The translations under genes were made by a program, and so were the position numbers. From an uncultured delta proteobacterium (GTDB lineage Bacteria > Myxococcota_A > UBA9160 > SMWR01), in assembly GCA_963832165.1 (NCBI GenBank), contig CAWHTE010000004.1:160001-224000 (forward strand): a stretch of 64,000 nucleotides of DNA. Reading direction: 5' to 3'. The notes beneath the pieces were generated by a model. It ran no database searches. It was not told the DNA's origin and worked only from the letters and a program-made list of their open reading frames with translations. Positions 63,904 to 64,000 of this stretch are shown here, in pieces (the first letter of the stretch is position 1; every line of letters starts with the position of its first letter).

Positions 63904-64000
63904 ATGCCCAATCCTCTGCGGTCCCTCTTCGGCAGCCACAACGACCGGGTGATCCGGCGGATCGTTCCGCTCGTCGAGCAGGTCGGCCGCCTCGAACCCT
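63904..64000 (+). CDS. secA: Preprotein translocase SecA (N-terminus only)
   Basis: MPNPLRSLFGSHNDRVIRRIVPLVEQVGRLEP matches the SecA N-terminal pattern; follows an M23 gene. Confidence 0.75.
   Translation, partial: MPNPLRSLFGSHNDRVIRRIVPLVEQVGRLEP

Overview
High-GC chromosomal window, probably from a diderm deltaproteobacterium-like (Myxococcota-type) genome; this taxonomy is inferred from gene content only. It is mostly core genes (hppA, alaC-like-hom-thrC-ribE, rpoZ, rph-rdgB, murJ, tig-clpP-clpX-lon, hisI, mscL, rarA, nadK-recN, start of secA), four tRNAs, and lipid-catabolic and envelope genes. About 17 single-base indels break otherwise intact genes, most simply read as long-read assembly errors. 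Main observations: (1) a sortase encoded directly downstream of an 83-aa lipoprotein made only of lipobox + Pro-rich spacer + LPKTG signal, a candidate sortase-built membrane-to-peptidoglycan tether; (2) a zinc-finger/histone-fold (ZZ-type) bacterial histone hidden inside a longer spurious ORF; (3) a 28-aa Lys/Arg/Ala microprotein behind a ~165-nt structured leader with its own promoter and terminator; (4) a dispersed repeat built from GNA-triloop mini-hairpins, twice in frame in proteins; (5) a tRNA-Lys islet followed by an HTH + TIR pair; (6) an ATP-grasp + KamA-like + MurJ cluster; (7) a His-less histidine kinase, an RdgB-phosphatase fusion and a His-rich trigger factor. No CRISPR array, rRNA, transposase or integrase was seen.
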